From: Blasia pusilla
Taxonomy: Eukaryota
Assembly (NCBI GenBank): GCA_050084515.1
Contig: CM114271.1
Span: 15,872,001 to 15,936,000, forward strand
Length of the DNA stretch: 64,000 nt
Direction: 5' to 3'
Below the pieces are notes generated by a model, which saw nothing but the letters and a program-made list of their open reading frames with translations, made no database searches and was not told the DNA's origin. Shown here piece after piece: positions 1 to 13,262 of the stretch; the stretch's first letter is position 1, and every line of letters starts with the position of its first letter. The position numbers and the translations under genes are program-made.

Positions 1-187
1 TACCAACCAGGGGAACGACATCGCAAGCTCACTACAGTTCCAACTACAAAGAATGGGCAACTCGACAGAGAGTATTGCTATATTGCTTGCACGCGGTTCA
101 CTCATTATAAGCTACCCAGAGCGGTGCTTTAGAACATGTCGTCCCAACATACCAGGCTGTCGGGACTTGTAGTTTTGGGGTTTAAAC

Positions 188-340
<153 letters not shown>

Positions 341-1899
341 GATTAGTTTTCTTCTTGTTTAGTGCATTGTTTCTTCTAACATAGCTCTTTGATGTTTAAT
401 TTGTGGGCATGTAGCTTTAAAGAACTCTCATCAGCAAGCTGTGCACAATTATCTATTTCAATTTTGTTAGGAAAGGCTAAGAAATAGCCTCTGATTATGG
501 AGGGAAACTTACCTTCCCAAAGACTCTATGATTCAGAATATTTTTTGTTGAGGCTGCGTGGTCTTTTGGTGGATTTGAAGAACAAGATATTGCACAAGAG
601 TAGGCCTTTAGGGATATTTGATCAGATCTTGGCTCTGCCAATCCTTGTACGGGTAAGGATTTTACAGTTGATTGATGATTCCAGAGAAAATGACCATGCC
701 AATGGTTATAGAGTTGGGAAGAGAACATTATTTGACTAGACATCGTCATTTCTATATTAGGTTCGTTGATGTTATTCTCCTCCATGATGATAGATACTCT
801 TTACTTGCCTGGATAATGGTCGGGGTGGTTGGTAAGGTCACTGTTCGTATATGCCACGATAAGCAAGGAATGGCTATTGGGACAGATACTGATGTAAATG
901 TTACAAAATGGGTGCGTTTGTTAGAGTATGCAATTGAGGTCGGTGGGAAAAGTGTCCAAGTACGTTTAGAGTACAGTAATTTTTGGGAAGGGAAAAGTCC
1001 AGGAGAGCAAGTTTGCACTCGCTCAAGGAACCAAACAATTTCTGGAAGGACATGTATTTGTTGTTTCAAAATATGTTGTGCTGCTACATGGTAGGGAATT
1101 CCAGCACCTGATAGGTATTGGTAGTTTGATTAAGCTTGTTAAAGGCCATAAAGTAGGATTTTGATTAATGTAACAACTTTTCATTAAAGAGATCATGTGA
1201 AATGATCGTGGGTTTTTTGCATATTTGACTTCGGATATGATTTGTTAAGCAGCAAGTTTCTTTAGGAGTGTTTGAATGTGACTCTCAAGAAAGTAACTCA
1301 GATGATAGCTTTTTTCTGAACAAGTTCATACTCTTCTTTCCTCGAGAGTTTCCAAGAAAGCTTGGGGACTATCATGGATTGTTTTAGATAAAAGTATAGT
1401 AATGGCTCACTTTTTTCCGTACGTGTAAGTGATCTGTCATTTTCATAGGCACTCGTTTATAGTGGGATATTGCAATGGTGTTGAGATCATCTGGATCTAA
1501 TATGTCATGAATGTGATGAAATGGCTTGCAGCGTTACACACACCATTTGAATCGGTCTGAGTTTTCAAGGAGTGCAGAAAAATAGACCATCCAAGAAAGG
1601 TATTTATCAATTCCCTTGCAAGAATTCTTTAGTGGATAGTAGATAAAGCAAGTGTGGGTAAATATAGGATTCAAGGGATTTTTTTCATATATCAGTAGGT
1701 GAGATATACTACATATATCAAACCATTGAGGTCCATCTTGGAAATCTTTGTTTTTTTATTCCCCTTGGTATGGTGTGGTGTGTCGGATGGTTTAGGCTTA
1801 ATTACTCAATATTGTGGCTATGGAAACCACCTCCCTTGGACATAGGAAATCTTTACGTCATCCTAATAGAGTGGCTGCGCATGACTTGAATTATCGCGT

Positions 1900-4800
1900 A
1901 GAGAGCTTGCTAGGGCTCACGCAGATGGCAAGAGACGTATAAAATGCCCTTGCAATGAGTGCAAGGGGCATAAAACTATAAAATTACATACGGTAGATGT
2001 TCACCTACGAAGGAATGGTAGATTTTATTTGTGCCGGTTGTGGAAAGGGATAGAAGAAAGGGACTCCTGTGATGAGGAGTGGCTTGCTGAAGACCAAATG
2101 GATAGTAGACTTCATCATAAGTACATTATGGAGTCAGCTGTTAGAAGAAAAGATGACCGTACTGAAGATAGGGATGCAACATATTATCGACAAGCAGCCC
2201 CTCATATAGACATGGATGTGGATGTTAACCAGATGTTGAATGAGGTGTTTGCCCAATATGACCAACTATATGAGGGTAATGTTGGTCATGGAGGAGGGGA
2301 AGTAGGGGAAGATCCGCGTGAGACGACCAGTGACATCCCAACTGTAGAACCTGATATGCTAAACGAAGCATGCAAGCCATTGTTTCCTGATGCCAAAGTA
2401 TCTACGCTTGCTTTTATCATGCATATTTTCAATATTTCTGGGGCACACGGTGTACCCAATATAGTTGTTGATGAACTATTCAAGCTGCTTGGAAAACATG
2501 TAGTGTCAAAAGGTAATCGAGTTCCGAAAAGTCATTATGCACCAAAGAAGCTAGTGGGAAAGTTGGGATTGGGATACAATACCATTCATGCTTGTCCTCA
2601 AGGATGTGTATTGTATCGTGGGGACCTACATGGAGCTGAAGTGTGTCCAAAATATGGAGAAAGCATATTCAAGAAAGTTGGGAAAAGTATGGTTCCATCC
2701 AAGGTCTTGAGGCATTGTCCTATAATCCCAAGACTACAATGTATGTTTAGGTCCAATGCACTTTCAGAATTGATGTGTTGGGCACCTGATAATATGAGTA
2801 GGGATGGTATTGTTAGGTATACTGGAGATTCTAAAGCATGGAAACACGTGGATGAATTGTATCCAGATTTCCAACTTGAAAAGAGGAATTGTAGGTTTTG
2901 TTTGTCTTTAGATGGTGTAAACCCCTTTTCAAACAAGGCTAGCTCATGGAGTACTTGGCCCGTTTTACTAGTGAATTATAACTTGCCACCTCGGATACAA
3001 ACCAATAAATTTTTCATTCAATTGGTTTTGATCATGCTTGGCAAGGAGAGTGTTAATGCGAGGAACATTGACACTTTTCTTGCTCCAATTGTGGAGGAGT
3101 TCATAGAACTATGGCAAGGTGTAGACTTTTATGATGTCAAAAATTTGAATGGGGAGTGGAAGTTTACATTTAGAGCCCTTAGCCTTTGGACCATCAATGA
3201 TTATCCAGCATATAGACTAGTTTTTGGGCAAAGTCATGGTGGAAAACTTCCCTGCACTGTTTGTGGACCTAGAGTGGACTCAGACTTCTCCAAGGAGTGT
3301 GGAAAGCCTATATTTGGGGGCATCCGTCGATATCTGCATCCTAGCCATGAATGGAGACAAAGAAAGTATGATATCCACTTCAATGGTGCAAGTGAATCTA
3401 GAGAATCTCCCAAACCTATCTAAACATATGACATTCTACAATGGGTAGAGGATAAGCTGATCTACGACAAAATTGGTGGCCGGGAAGATCATCCAAAAGA
3501 CCCTTACAAGAAGACACGTGTGAAAAGGAGGACAAAATTGTTTGACCTACCTTATTGGAGAGTATCCAACAAAAATCATTAGTGTTTTGAATGTAAAAGC
3601 TTTTATTTCTATGATTGAAGAATCCTTATGATGCTTCTAGTGAGTTTTTCTTAATTAGTATTTCTTTGTTATTTCCTAGCACCCCCTTATCAGACATACA
3701 ATCGATGTCATGCATGTGGAGAAGAATATAGCTGAAAAATTTGTGAAAACAATTATGGGGATGAAGGATACAGTGAAAGTTAGACGAGACATGGAAAAAC
3801 GCGGAATCAGACCTCACTTATGGCTACGACCCCACCCTACAAAGAGCACGGGTCTTGTTAAACCTATGGCTAAGTATGTCCTATCTCCCTTGGAGTTGAC
3901 AAAATTTCTTGGAAGGGTTGAGGCATTGAAAGTGCCTTTTAGCTACTACGGTAAGTTGAAGAAACATGTTGTTAGGAAACAATTGGGCAACATGAAGTCT
4001 CATGATTACCATGTCTTCATTCATTAGATTTTGCTTTATTGAGTTAGATATTTGTGGCCCAATAGCATGTCGATGGATGTATCCTTTTGAGAGGTACATG
4101 GGAGTGATGAAAAATTATGTGAGGTCAAAGGCACGCCCTGAAGGATGTATGGCCAAGGGATATGTCCTCGACGAAGCATTGGGTTTTGTCATGGAATATA
4201 TGAGGAGGTTTGAACATGTCCAAAATCGAGTATGGGATGGTGGAGAGGAAGTAGGGGTGGCTGGAGAGGAACTAGAAGGTGCAGCACCAACCATCACACT
4301 TTCGCGAGACCTTTTAGTTTTGGCGCACAACTATATACTACGCAACACTCAATGCATGGAGAAGTGGTATAGGTAGGGTATCTGTATCTTATCTCTATCC
4401 TTGTGTTTGTTTGTTGATTGGAGTATGAGATATGGCATATCTTGAAGGTTCAATTGTTGATGTTGGTAGTTTCTTACTCTAAACTAATATTCATTGTCCA
4501 TTGAATTTTACAGGATTTATGAAAAGAGTGAAATTAACAATATATCCTTCCAAGGTTGGGTTAGTCCAGCCATTTTGGAAGCCCCATAAGGGAACCTTGA
4601 GAAGCTTGATGAAGAGGCATTTGCTCTCTCCATACCTCCTACTTCTAAAGTGCTCTCCTACAAGAGTATGAAAGCTTATGATAATCATTATAGGATGGAA
4701 GGGAGTGGAGGAGCCATGTTTTTGGATGACGAGGGGGAAGATCCAACTCGCATAGTGCTTATTCATATGTGGGTGTTTTAGTTGATATCTTAGCCTTTGA

Positions 4801-5287
4801 CTACCAGATTATAGGGCAACCTCTCATTCTAATGAGAGGTAGATGGGTTAGAGCAGAGTGGGACTCTAGGCGCCCATCCATGAAACGAGACGGGAAGGGT
4901 TTTCTCCTTGCTAACCTAAATGATAATGAGCCACTTCACCACCAGCCTTTTGTGTTTCCTTCACAAGTAGAGCAGGTTTTCTATGGAGATCCGTGTGACG
5001 GAGGTGCGTGGAGAGTAGTACTTAGGAAAGAAGCAAGGTCTCGCCGTAGCTTTGCATATTTGACAGATGTGAATTGGGATAAGGAGGAGAGTGATGAATA
5101 CCATGGCTTGGAGGTGACTCCTTTTTTGGAAAGACATTTGCCCCATATCAATACTCTCGATGCCATTGAACTAAATGATGCTGAAGTTGCCATAGCTAAG
5201 TCAGATTTTAGCCAAGTACATGCAGTGGAAGTTTTGCAGAGCATGGACAAGGATGTGGATGAATCAGATCAGGATCTTAGCGATTAG
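1900..5287 (+). pseudogene. CACTA TnpD/Tnp2-family transposase pseudogene
   Basis: N-terminal CPCNEC; IHACPQGCVLY; LSLDGVNPF...STWPV; WTINDYPAY; DVMHVEKN; KSHDYH; CGPIACRWMYPFERYM; QPFVFPSQVEQVFY. Premature stop at 3421-3423 and an apparent internal deletion near 4020 between KSHDYH and CGP. Confidence 0.93.
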
Positions 5288-5425
5288 ATTAGGATCTCAT
5301 CGATTAGATAAACTAGAAGTCCATAGTTGTGCGTGTTGTATGTATGTGTTTTTTAGTTCTTGTCGAGTTGAACCATTTGATAAACATTTTTTTCCTTCAC
5401 ATAACTTGAGAGCTATATTTGTGTA

Positions 5426-8400
5426 GGGATATGGAGCCAACTATTGCAAAGAGTGATTATTCCAATAGACAAGATGAAGTAGGAGTCCAATGTGAGAAGA
5501 ACCAGAAATATAGCGTGCATAGTCATGAGATGACAAAGGGAGTTGAGACCTCAAGAGACTCCAACCATGAGGTCCATGATGTAGATGCTCCCATTGATAA
5601 TGGGGTGGAGGATACTAGCACAGCCTACGAGAAGAATCGTGAATGTAACATTCAGAGAAGGAAAGAGATGGAGAGAGTTCTTTTTCAGAACTGCCAATTG
5701 ACGTATGTTTTCTTGGCCTAGTGTATATGGTTGGGGGATCCTTCAGTGGATTTAAGTTAGTGCAAGTAAATTTCATAATGATTGCTAGTGAAATGAGGAG
5801 TACACATGATTACTCATGGCGTGGAATGAATCATTTCATGTTTATTGAACTAATTGTGAAACATGGATAGTAACGGAGCAATTCAAAAAAAGAGGCAACT
5901 AGCAACAAAGATTCATATTGCTCCAAATGTGGTAAGCCTTCACCGACAAAGTGCATGCCTCAAGAAGACCCTAAATATTCCAGATTTCTCAGATAGGAAA
6001 TCTGAGAAGGAACCAATGGGATATATATCAGATGAAGACAATGTGGCCGGTTCAGATTCACTTGATCGTGTAAGTACCGGATTATGGGATTATCCATATT
6101 ATTCAATTGATTGACGTTGATTTGTAGTAGAAGATACTTGATATGAGTATTATTTCTATGATCCTACCTTGTTGGCTGATTAAATTGAGCTCTTTATTGT
6201 GTATAGGGATCAGAATGTATGAAAGGAGTCCATATTGATTGTGTAGAGAGACAAAGATCCCAAGGCCAACAAGATGTTGTTAAAGACAGGATGCATGTAC
6301 ACCCCCCTCGACGCTTAGACAGGGACAATATGTCCCATGAACCTCCATGGGAGACTCGGAGTTGGAGAGGAGGCCACTTGTGGAGTGGTCCTCCTTGGGG
6401 TGGATGGTACAACCAACCCCCTCCCAATGTGTATGGAAGATCTTGGAAGCAGGACTCTCAACCCATGGATGAGAGAGGTCTATATGGAAGAGATGCAGAG
6501 AGGTACGTTGGGGGCATGTCTAGAGATAGATTTATGTGGGACCATTCATCCCCCTGGGGTGAATCACAGAGACTAGGTTCCTACAACCATGTACCACGTG
6601 TTGAAGTAGAAGATTGGAGGCATGGAGAGCACGTATATCCCTTTGAGAGTCACCCTCAATGGCATTTAGTGAGTACTTAATTCGATTCATTTTTTGACAT
6701 TTCACATGACTTTACTATGTCTTAATGTATTTGTGATTTATTCTCCTCTAATATTCCTCTGCATGAACAGGTTCCTCCTCCATGAGAATTGGAAGGGCCC
6801 TCGGTAAGGTGTTGAATTAAGTATCTTTGCCATAACCTATAATTGGTTATGATTTCAGATATCTTCCATTCAATTGTAGATTTAAGATATATCCAATGGC
6901 TTCTTCTTGTGTAGATGTTTAGGGGTCCACCGAGTAGAAGTCAATCATGTATGACTCCCACTGCATTAGAAAACACTCCATCTACAGGTGGCGGGATTTA
7001 CACTTTTGGAGGTGGGGATTTAGATATCTTATTCTACATTTCTGAATTTTCTTGAAGATGTCAAGTGGATGTTGGTTCCCATCTCCCCTTAAACCTCTCC
7101 TTCCCACAGTGAATTTTTATAAATGAACTTCTCCTAAGTATTTAGTAGCATAGAGTCCTAACACCTTTCTAATTATATGATGAGTGTTCTGATGTGAAAG
7201 AAGAGAAGCAAGATCTGGCCATCGCCGTACAAAGCGTGACCTTTGGAACAAAGAGACCTCAGAATGGAACAAGGCCCATCTTTGATCCAGATGTGAGTTA
7301 TTGGAGACTGGATGGGCCGATAATGTGATCCTCGTTATGAGGCATGGTTGAGTGATGTAAAGGTATGGACGATGCGTTACTTAGATATCTCATGTGTGGA
7401 CATAGATAAACAAGATAGTATTTGCATGGCTACCATCCGCAATCATATGGACATGCCTTGGGAGTATGTTGGTGCATCCAAGTTAAACCCGGATTTCTTA
7501 AGGAAGAAAATGTCTTCTTTACTAAAGACTGAGAGATACATTCTAAAGACTTACTTCAAGAGCAAGGGGGGGGCATCGTGCGGTGAAATGTCACCCCAAT
7601 CATAAGCCTGTAGAATGGGAACGCCTCATAGACTACTGGTTGTTCGACGCAGCCAAGATGAAAGCTAAAGTAATGAAATCGGCAAGGGGCAAGGTGGAGA
7701 ATCCGAATCCCATTGGACGGTCAGATGTTCATGGTGTAAGGATTGGGGTTGTAAGTGTTCTTTGCAACTCCTTATTTGAGATGATGTTCCTTACTTCCAC
7801 TATAACCTTATTGTTAATCTACTTCAATACACAACTATGGGTCCATTCATTCCAACCAAATGGAGTAAAGAAAGATTAAACATGTACTTTTTTTTTTACA
7901 TTAGGTACATTTCTTAGATTCTTAAAATATTGAGTTGGCTTGTAGGAGGGGGGAACAATAGAAACTCAGAATGAGAGGGAGTTGCAAAGTACTACACGTT
8001 TCAGTTGGTCCATCCTTGAGTGGTATAGCATGGAATATGAACCATTCATGTTACTTGGAAGTATTTCTTTAAACCTGCTTGTACATTGATAGGCTAAATC
8101 ATTATACCCTCTTCACTATGTCTTTGTGTTTTGCAGAATGCCGTGGACTCACAAGTTACCAATCAACTAGAGGTGCAAAGCAACGATGGGTAGAGGATGT
8201 AAAGCTTTTAAGGTATGAGTTAAGTTCCACCACAGCAGAATTAAGTGGACAGATTGCAAATGTGGTCCAAATAGTTGCAGATCTTGCACGGAGGACAGTA
8301 GGGGCAGAGGCTTCCAATGCCCACTCAACACCGCGCATGACGAAGTCTAAAGTGCAAGAAGGTATGTCCATTTGTAAGAAATCATTGTATGCTTGGGAAA

Positions 8401-10280
8401 ATCCTCATTTGAGTATTTGTTATTGTCTTATGTACTTCAATACACAACTATATGGGCAATCTTCCAACCGGAAGGTAATTTCTTAGTGTTATTTCCATGC
8501 TCTTGTGCTTGCCTTGAATTCAACAATGTGCTTGATTTATAAATCGTCTATGAAGATGTGGGTGTGGGTATAACAAGAATGAGATAAGTGTCGTTACAAA
8601 ATGTAGATCCCCTAAGTGGCGGCTCAAGTGATGGAGAAGCCACACATAAGGGCCCAGGTACAATATAGTTAGGAAATTCAAGTAATCAGATATCTCCAAT
8701 TCTTAGATTTCAAGTTAGTTATTGAGATTTCAGATTACTTAATTAGGTTAGTTACTTAAGATGGACTTCACATATTGTTACAAGGAATCAAAAGATATTT
8801 GCTCCCTCCATCAAGTTAGGTGGAGAGGCAAGCTCAATCCGCCAATGTATTTCCTAAACTTTCCTAGTCACACGGCTTTTGAAGTGTAGCTCAAAATTAA
8901 TGGCACCTACATATTTACAACAAGAATGTGCTCTAGTTCATTAAGAGAAACTAATGAATCTGGATTCATACTTGTGTAGGAGTGTGCATGGTAACAACTC
9001 CTTTGATTCATATGTCTCCGAAAGGTATGCAATGTGGATATTGGTGCTCGAATTTGTTTTCTACCTTTCCTTTATTCAGGTATGATACCAAATAATGGTT
9101 ACGATGCTTCATCTTATGTGACTTCATATTCAATCGATTGGACATGCAGGAAAGATAGACACTATGCCTACATTCAAAGATCCTTTGAGTGGTTGCTCAA
9201 GTGATGGAGAGGCCACATTGGGTCGGAAAGGTATCCTAAACTCTTACCTTAGTCCATGTTTTTTTACAGTATCTTTAAAGCCAAAGTGGGAGTGGAAAGC
9301 TTACTCATAAATGAGAATATTGATTTTGCTGCAATTTGAAGTTGTCCATGGACTTTTTTTTCACTTTCTTCTAATGCTCTTCAATGTTTTCCAGTAGGAA
9401 ATGAGAAGATTATGAGCCCCCCGATGAAGCCGGGTGGAGAGGTGAACTCCAACCGTAAGGGTAAGTTTTCTTCTACATGCTCTCTTACAAAAATTGGTAA
9501 GAGTTTAAGGTTCTCCTTAATGGATGATTTTTTAAGGTTTTAGCAATCTGATCTTTTTAGTGTGGAAAATAGCACGTATTCAAATCTTGAGGCATTTTCT
9601 GATTGATGTAAAAACATTTCAGATCTTGATCGCTATAAAAAGAGTTCAAATCTTTCAAATATGATCATTGTCTTCTATGATTAAATCTGGAAAAAGAATT
9701 ATGTATGTAGGGGCACAAAAGAAGAGGAGGACTCAAGAGATTATGCTAGAAAAGAATCTTGAAGATGGTTTGCTAGTGAAACCATCTCCAATGAAGAAGA
9801 ATTCTACATCCAAGGTGCACAGCGAGCCTAAGTCGAGCGGGGGGAGGCAAAAAAAAAGGTAATTGCCAATGCTCATGTCATTTTCAAGTATTAGTGTTTT
9901 TTGTAAGCTTGCTGCTTGTTTTTTATATGACATCTGAAGACATGTGTGATATTCCCCATTCAAGTTAGAATCTGATTGGGAACCATTTAATCATACTTTG
10001 ATCATGCACTTGTAGATAGGCGATGATGTCTCCTTCATAGAATACAGAAATCCTCGCCATATACTTGCTCATGATAACTTGGATGTCCGGTCGCGATAAG
10101 TGTCATGGAAAAGACATTCCAAACGGGGTTATGCAGGTCACAATCCAAAGTGTTTTGGATCCGGAGTATGCGTTATGGCAAACTAATGAGGGGGACGATC
10201 CCTCTCAACGAGTATTAGGGGATGCAATAGGAACAAATGTACTCAGGCCTGAATTGAACTTGAAGAAACGGGTAGATTAA
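5426..10280 (+). pseudogene. CACTA ORF2 (TnpA-like), multi-exon, degenerate
   Basis: Many short AG..GT-bounded exons. WERLIDYW...KMKAKVMKSAR (7583-7750) resembles the plant En/Spm Transposase_24-type region. The last exon KCHGKDIPNGVMQVTI...VLGDAIGTNVLRP resembles the C-terminal domain seen in CACTA ORF2 proteins. Confidence 0.65.
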
Positions 10281-10759
10281 AGTTTTTCGTTGCTTCCTTC
10301 ATGTTTTTGGAAATAGTCGTAGCAAAGGAGATTTTTTGATCCATGAAGCATTTTAAATATCACCTATTCTGCCAAAAATGAGATCAACTCATATGCTTTG
10401 TGGTCAGATTTTGTGATCAGATATAATATGGTCAGATTTTGTGATCAGGTGTTAGTAAAATGTGGTTCGTTGAAATTTGATTCCAAGTTTTATGGGTGTC
10501 AATAGTATTGCTTCTTTTATACTTTGGACTTCAAGATGAAAAGTAGTATATACAGATACTTAAAGAGTTCAGATATGAGTCTACATATCATAAAACTCTA
10601 CCTATAAACTTATGGATACTACATTCATTTGTTCCCATATCAGAAAATTGAGTCTTAAAACTTCACATATTAGAGAACTTCAAATATAAGTGCATTTTGT
10701 GCACTTACATATCTGAACTCTTTTAGTTTTACAGATCTTAATTCTTTTGGTAAGACCCA

Positions 10760-11951
10760 TTGTATGACTTCTAAGCATAGGACAAAAGGACATGCAATCA
10801 TTGAGCAGAAATGACTCATATTATATGATTCTCATAGTCATTTGATTTAATAATAGGCACTCCATTTAGAGTAAAATGACTCAACTAAATGACTCCATTT
10901 TGCAAACCATGATTTGGAATGACTAGTCATGACTTATCATGACTCACTTCTATATCTTGGCTATCATGGACTACATATAATGTGATGACTCCATTGTTCA
11001 AATAATGACTTGGCATGATTAGTAATGACTTGCGAACACTGACCATGACTCATCTTTAATGACTTGCCATGTAAAAATATAGATTATTCCATGACTCATG
11101 AACTACCACTTATGACTCCATCATGACTACAACACAATAAATTATTACTCGTGCTATGACTACACTCATGACTCAAGCAAGTCGTTCTTTATGTATTAAA
11201 TATGACTACATTATTCAATTAGTGACTTGGATTGACTAGTCATGATCTATGATGACTGATGATGACTTAACTTTAATGACTAGCCATCTAGAAATATTGA
11301 TTAATTTTTGACTCATGAACTACCACTTACGACTCCAACATGACTATAAAACAAAAACCAATGACTCAAGCTAGTCGTTCTTTATGTATCAAATATGACC
11401 TCATTATTCAAATAACGACTTGGCATGACTAGTCGTGATCTTTGATGATTGATCATGACTCATCGTGGACTATGAATTATGACTCCACCATAACTACAAA
11501 ACAAAACATAATGACTCATGCTATGACTAGGATCATGACTCAAGCTAGTCGTTCTTTACGTATAAAATATGACTTCATTATTCACATAACCACTTGGCAT
11601 GACTCGTCATGACATATGATCACTGACCTTGATTCATTAGGACTATCAATTATGACTCCACCATGACTACAAAACAAAATAAATGACTCATGCTATAATT
11701 AGGGGAATGACTCATCCAAGTCATTCTTTATGTATCAAATATTACTCACACTAAGTAAAACGTGTATCATCCACGTCACTGAAATTAATGAAGTCATGTA
11801 CACAATGACTCAAGTGGTGCGTAGTCATGAGACAAAAATGAGTTGTCTTTTATGATTGATGCAATCATCAGTCACCGTGAGTGATGTCATGTATAATATG
11901 ACTCTTGTCAATCATATGATGTAGTCATAAAAATACCTTTTCCTTCTAGTT
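10760..11951. repeat. CACTA 3' subterminal repeat array (ATGACT/AGTCAT motifs) and degenerate TIR
   Basis: Dozens of (C)ATGACT motifs in direct orientation, with inverted AGTCAT increasingly frequent in the last ~200 bp; ~175-190 bp higher-order units between ~11000 and 11750. Confidence 0.85.
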
Positions 11952-12258
11952 ATGCTTAAAAATTGACGAGCATATTCACGGCAAGAGGATGTCCCTAGAT
12001 ATCAAGAACTTTGGAAAATCTCAAACTTTAGGGGTAAAAGAAAGACCCAGAATTCTAGCTTAGGGATAAGCAAATTTAATCCCAAATTAAAAAAGATTGC
12101 AATAACAATGGAATACTTAATACCCAAACACTCAATAGGTCCTCATGTCAAATCTTCCTCCTCCGTAAATGGGCTTCTTATTCTCCAATTTCAAGAACTT
12201 CCACTTCTTGATTTTCACCAATCATGATAAGTAAGAACTACCTTTGATTTCACCACCA

Positions 12259-13262
12259 TGTCGTGCGCCTACTCTCCTCAAACGTCAATCTCAGTATTGC
12301 GGAAGCGTACATTCAGTAGGACACCCTCTCATCGCCAACTTGCACCCAAACGCACTAACATTAGTTTGGCTTTGGGTCAAGCGGTCTTCCAACCCACCGA
12401 GTCCTCAACTTGGCACCTCATCAAGCCCAACCTTCCCTCTTTCCTAGGTTCCCAACACGGGCAAGTCTTCCGAGACTTGGGACAGACTTTCTGGTTAGTC
12501 TAGGCACCTAAAACGGCGTTTGCGTGCCTAGCGGTCCCAAGTGTCCAGCAGACATTGCATGAGTCCCCAACCAAGACTCAACAATATGAGTTGTGAGTTG
12601 GAATCCAATAGGGACCTCCAAAATCCACTCTATTGGACTTAGTTCGGGTTTTGAATCCCAACGCCAAACTCTCTATCTGTTCTGTGCCCTTGAGTCACCC
12701 CGTGGTGCTCAAAAGTGGAGTTCGAGTCCCAAGCACCCTTGGAGACCTTCTCCCTTACTAGTAGTCTTGGAGATCTGTGGGGTCCCCCCACCTTTTGGAA
12801 GGAACTCTGGACCTTTCCTTTTGGCCCTCAACTCGACTCCCTTTATAGTCATTTTGGCCCATATCTCGGCTTTTGCTTAAGCTTTTTCCAAGATCTTTGG
12901 TGCGTTGGAATCGACTCTGCATAAGCTTTCCAATGCTATCTATTTGTCTTGAATGCATCTTAGAACTAAAAGTTATGGGCAGAAGTATAGTCGGAAACTC
13001 CAAACGCTAGCTACGTCCCAAGTCCGGTTCTCACCCCTTGGCCACGTTTCCTTCCGAGACTCGACTTTGCTTAAGTACATGTTTTTTGTTTGGTTTCGGT
13101 TTCCTAGTCGCAACCATAAATGCATGAAACACTTGAAATTCTCACCGCGTTTGTGTCTCGTACTTTTGTTTCTCTAACTCCAAAGCGCAAACCATCCTAG
13201 CGTGAGCTCGCTAGAGTTTGGATGTTCCGCTTGCCACTCGTTTGGTTATGAGGGTCGCGAAA
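12259..13262 (-). mobile_element. Isolated ~1-kb LTR (same family as 59153-60150)
   Basis: Collinear end-to-end similarity with 59153-60150 (TGTCGTGCGC(C/T)TACTCTCC ... TTGGTTATGAGGGTCGCGA). No matching TSD found. Confidence 0.85.

Noticed and set aside
30-45. CACTAC as the CACTA 5' TIR
   Set aside because: Following bases do not match the reverse complement of the 3' end (ACTAGAAGGAAAAGG) and no ATGACT subterminal array follows.
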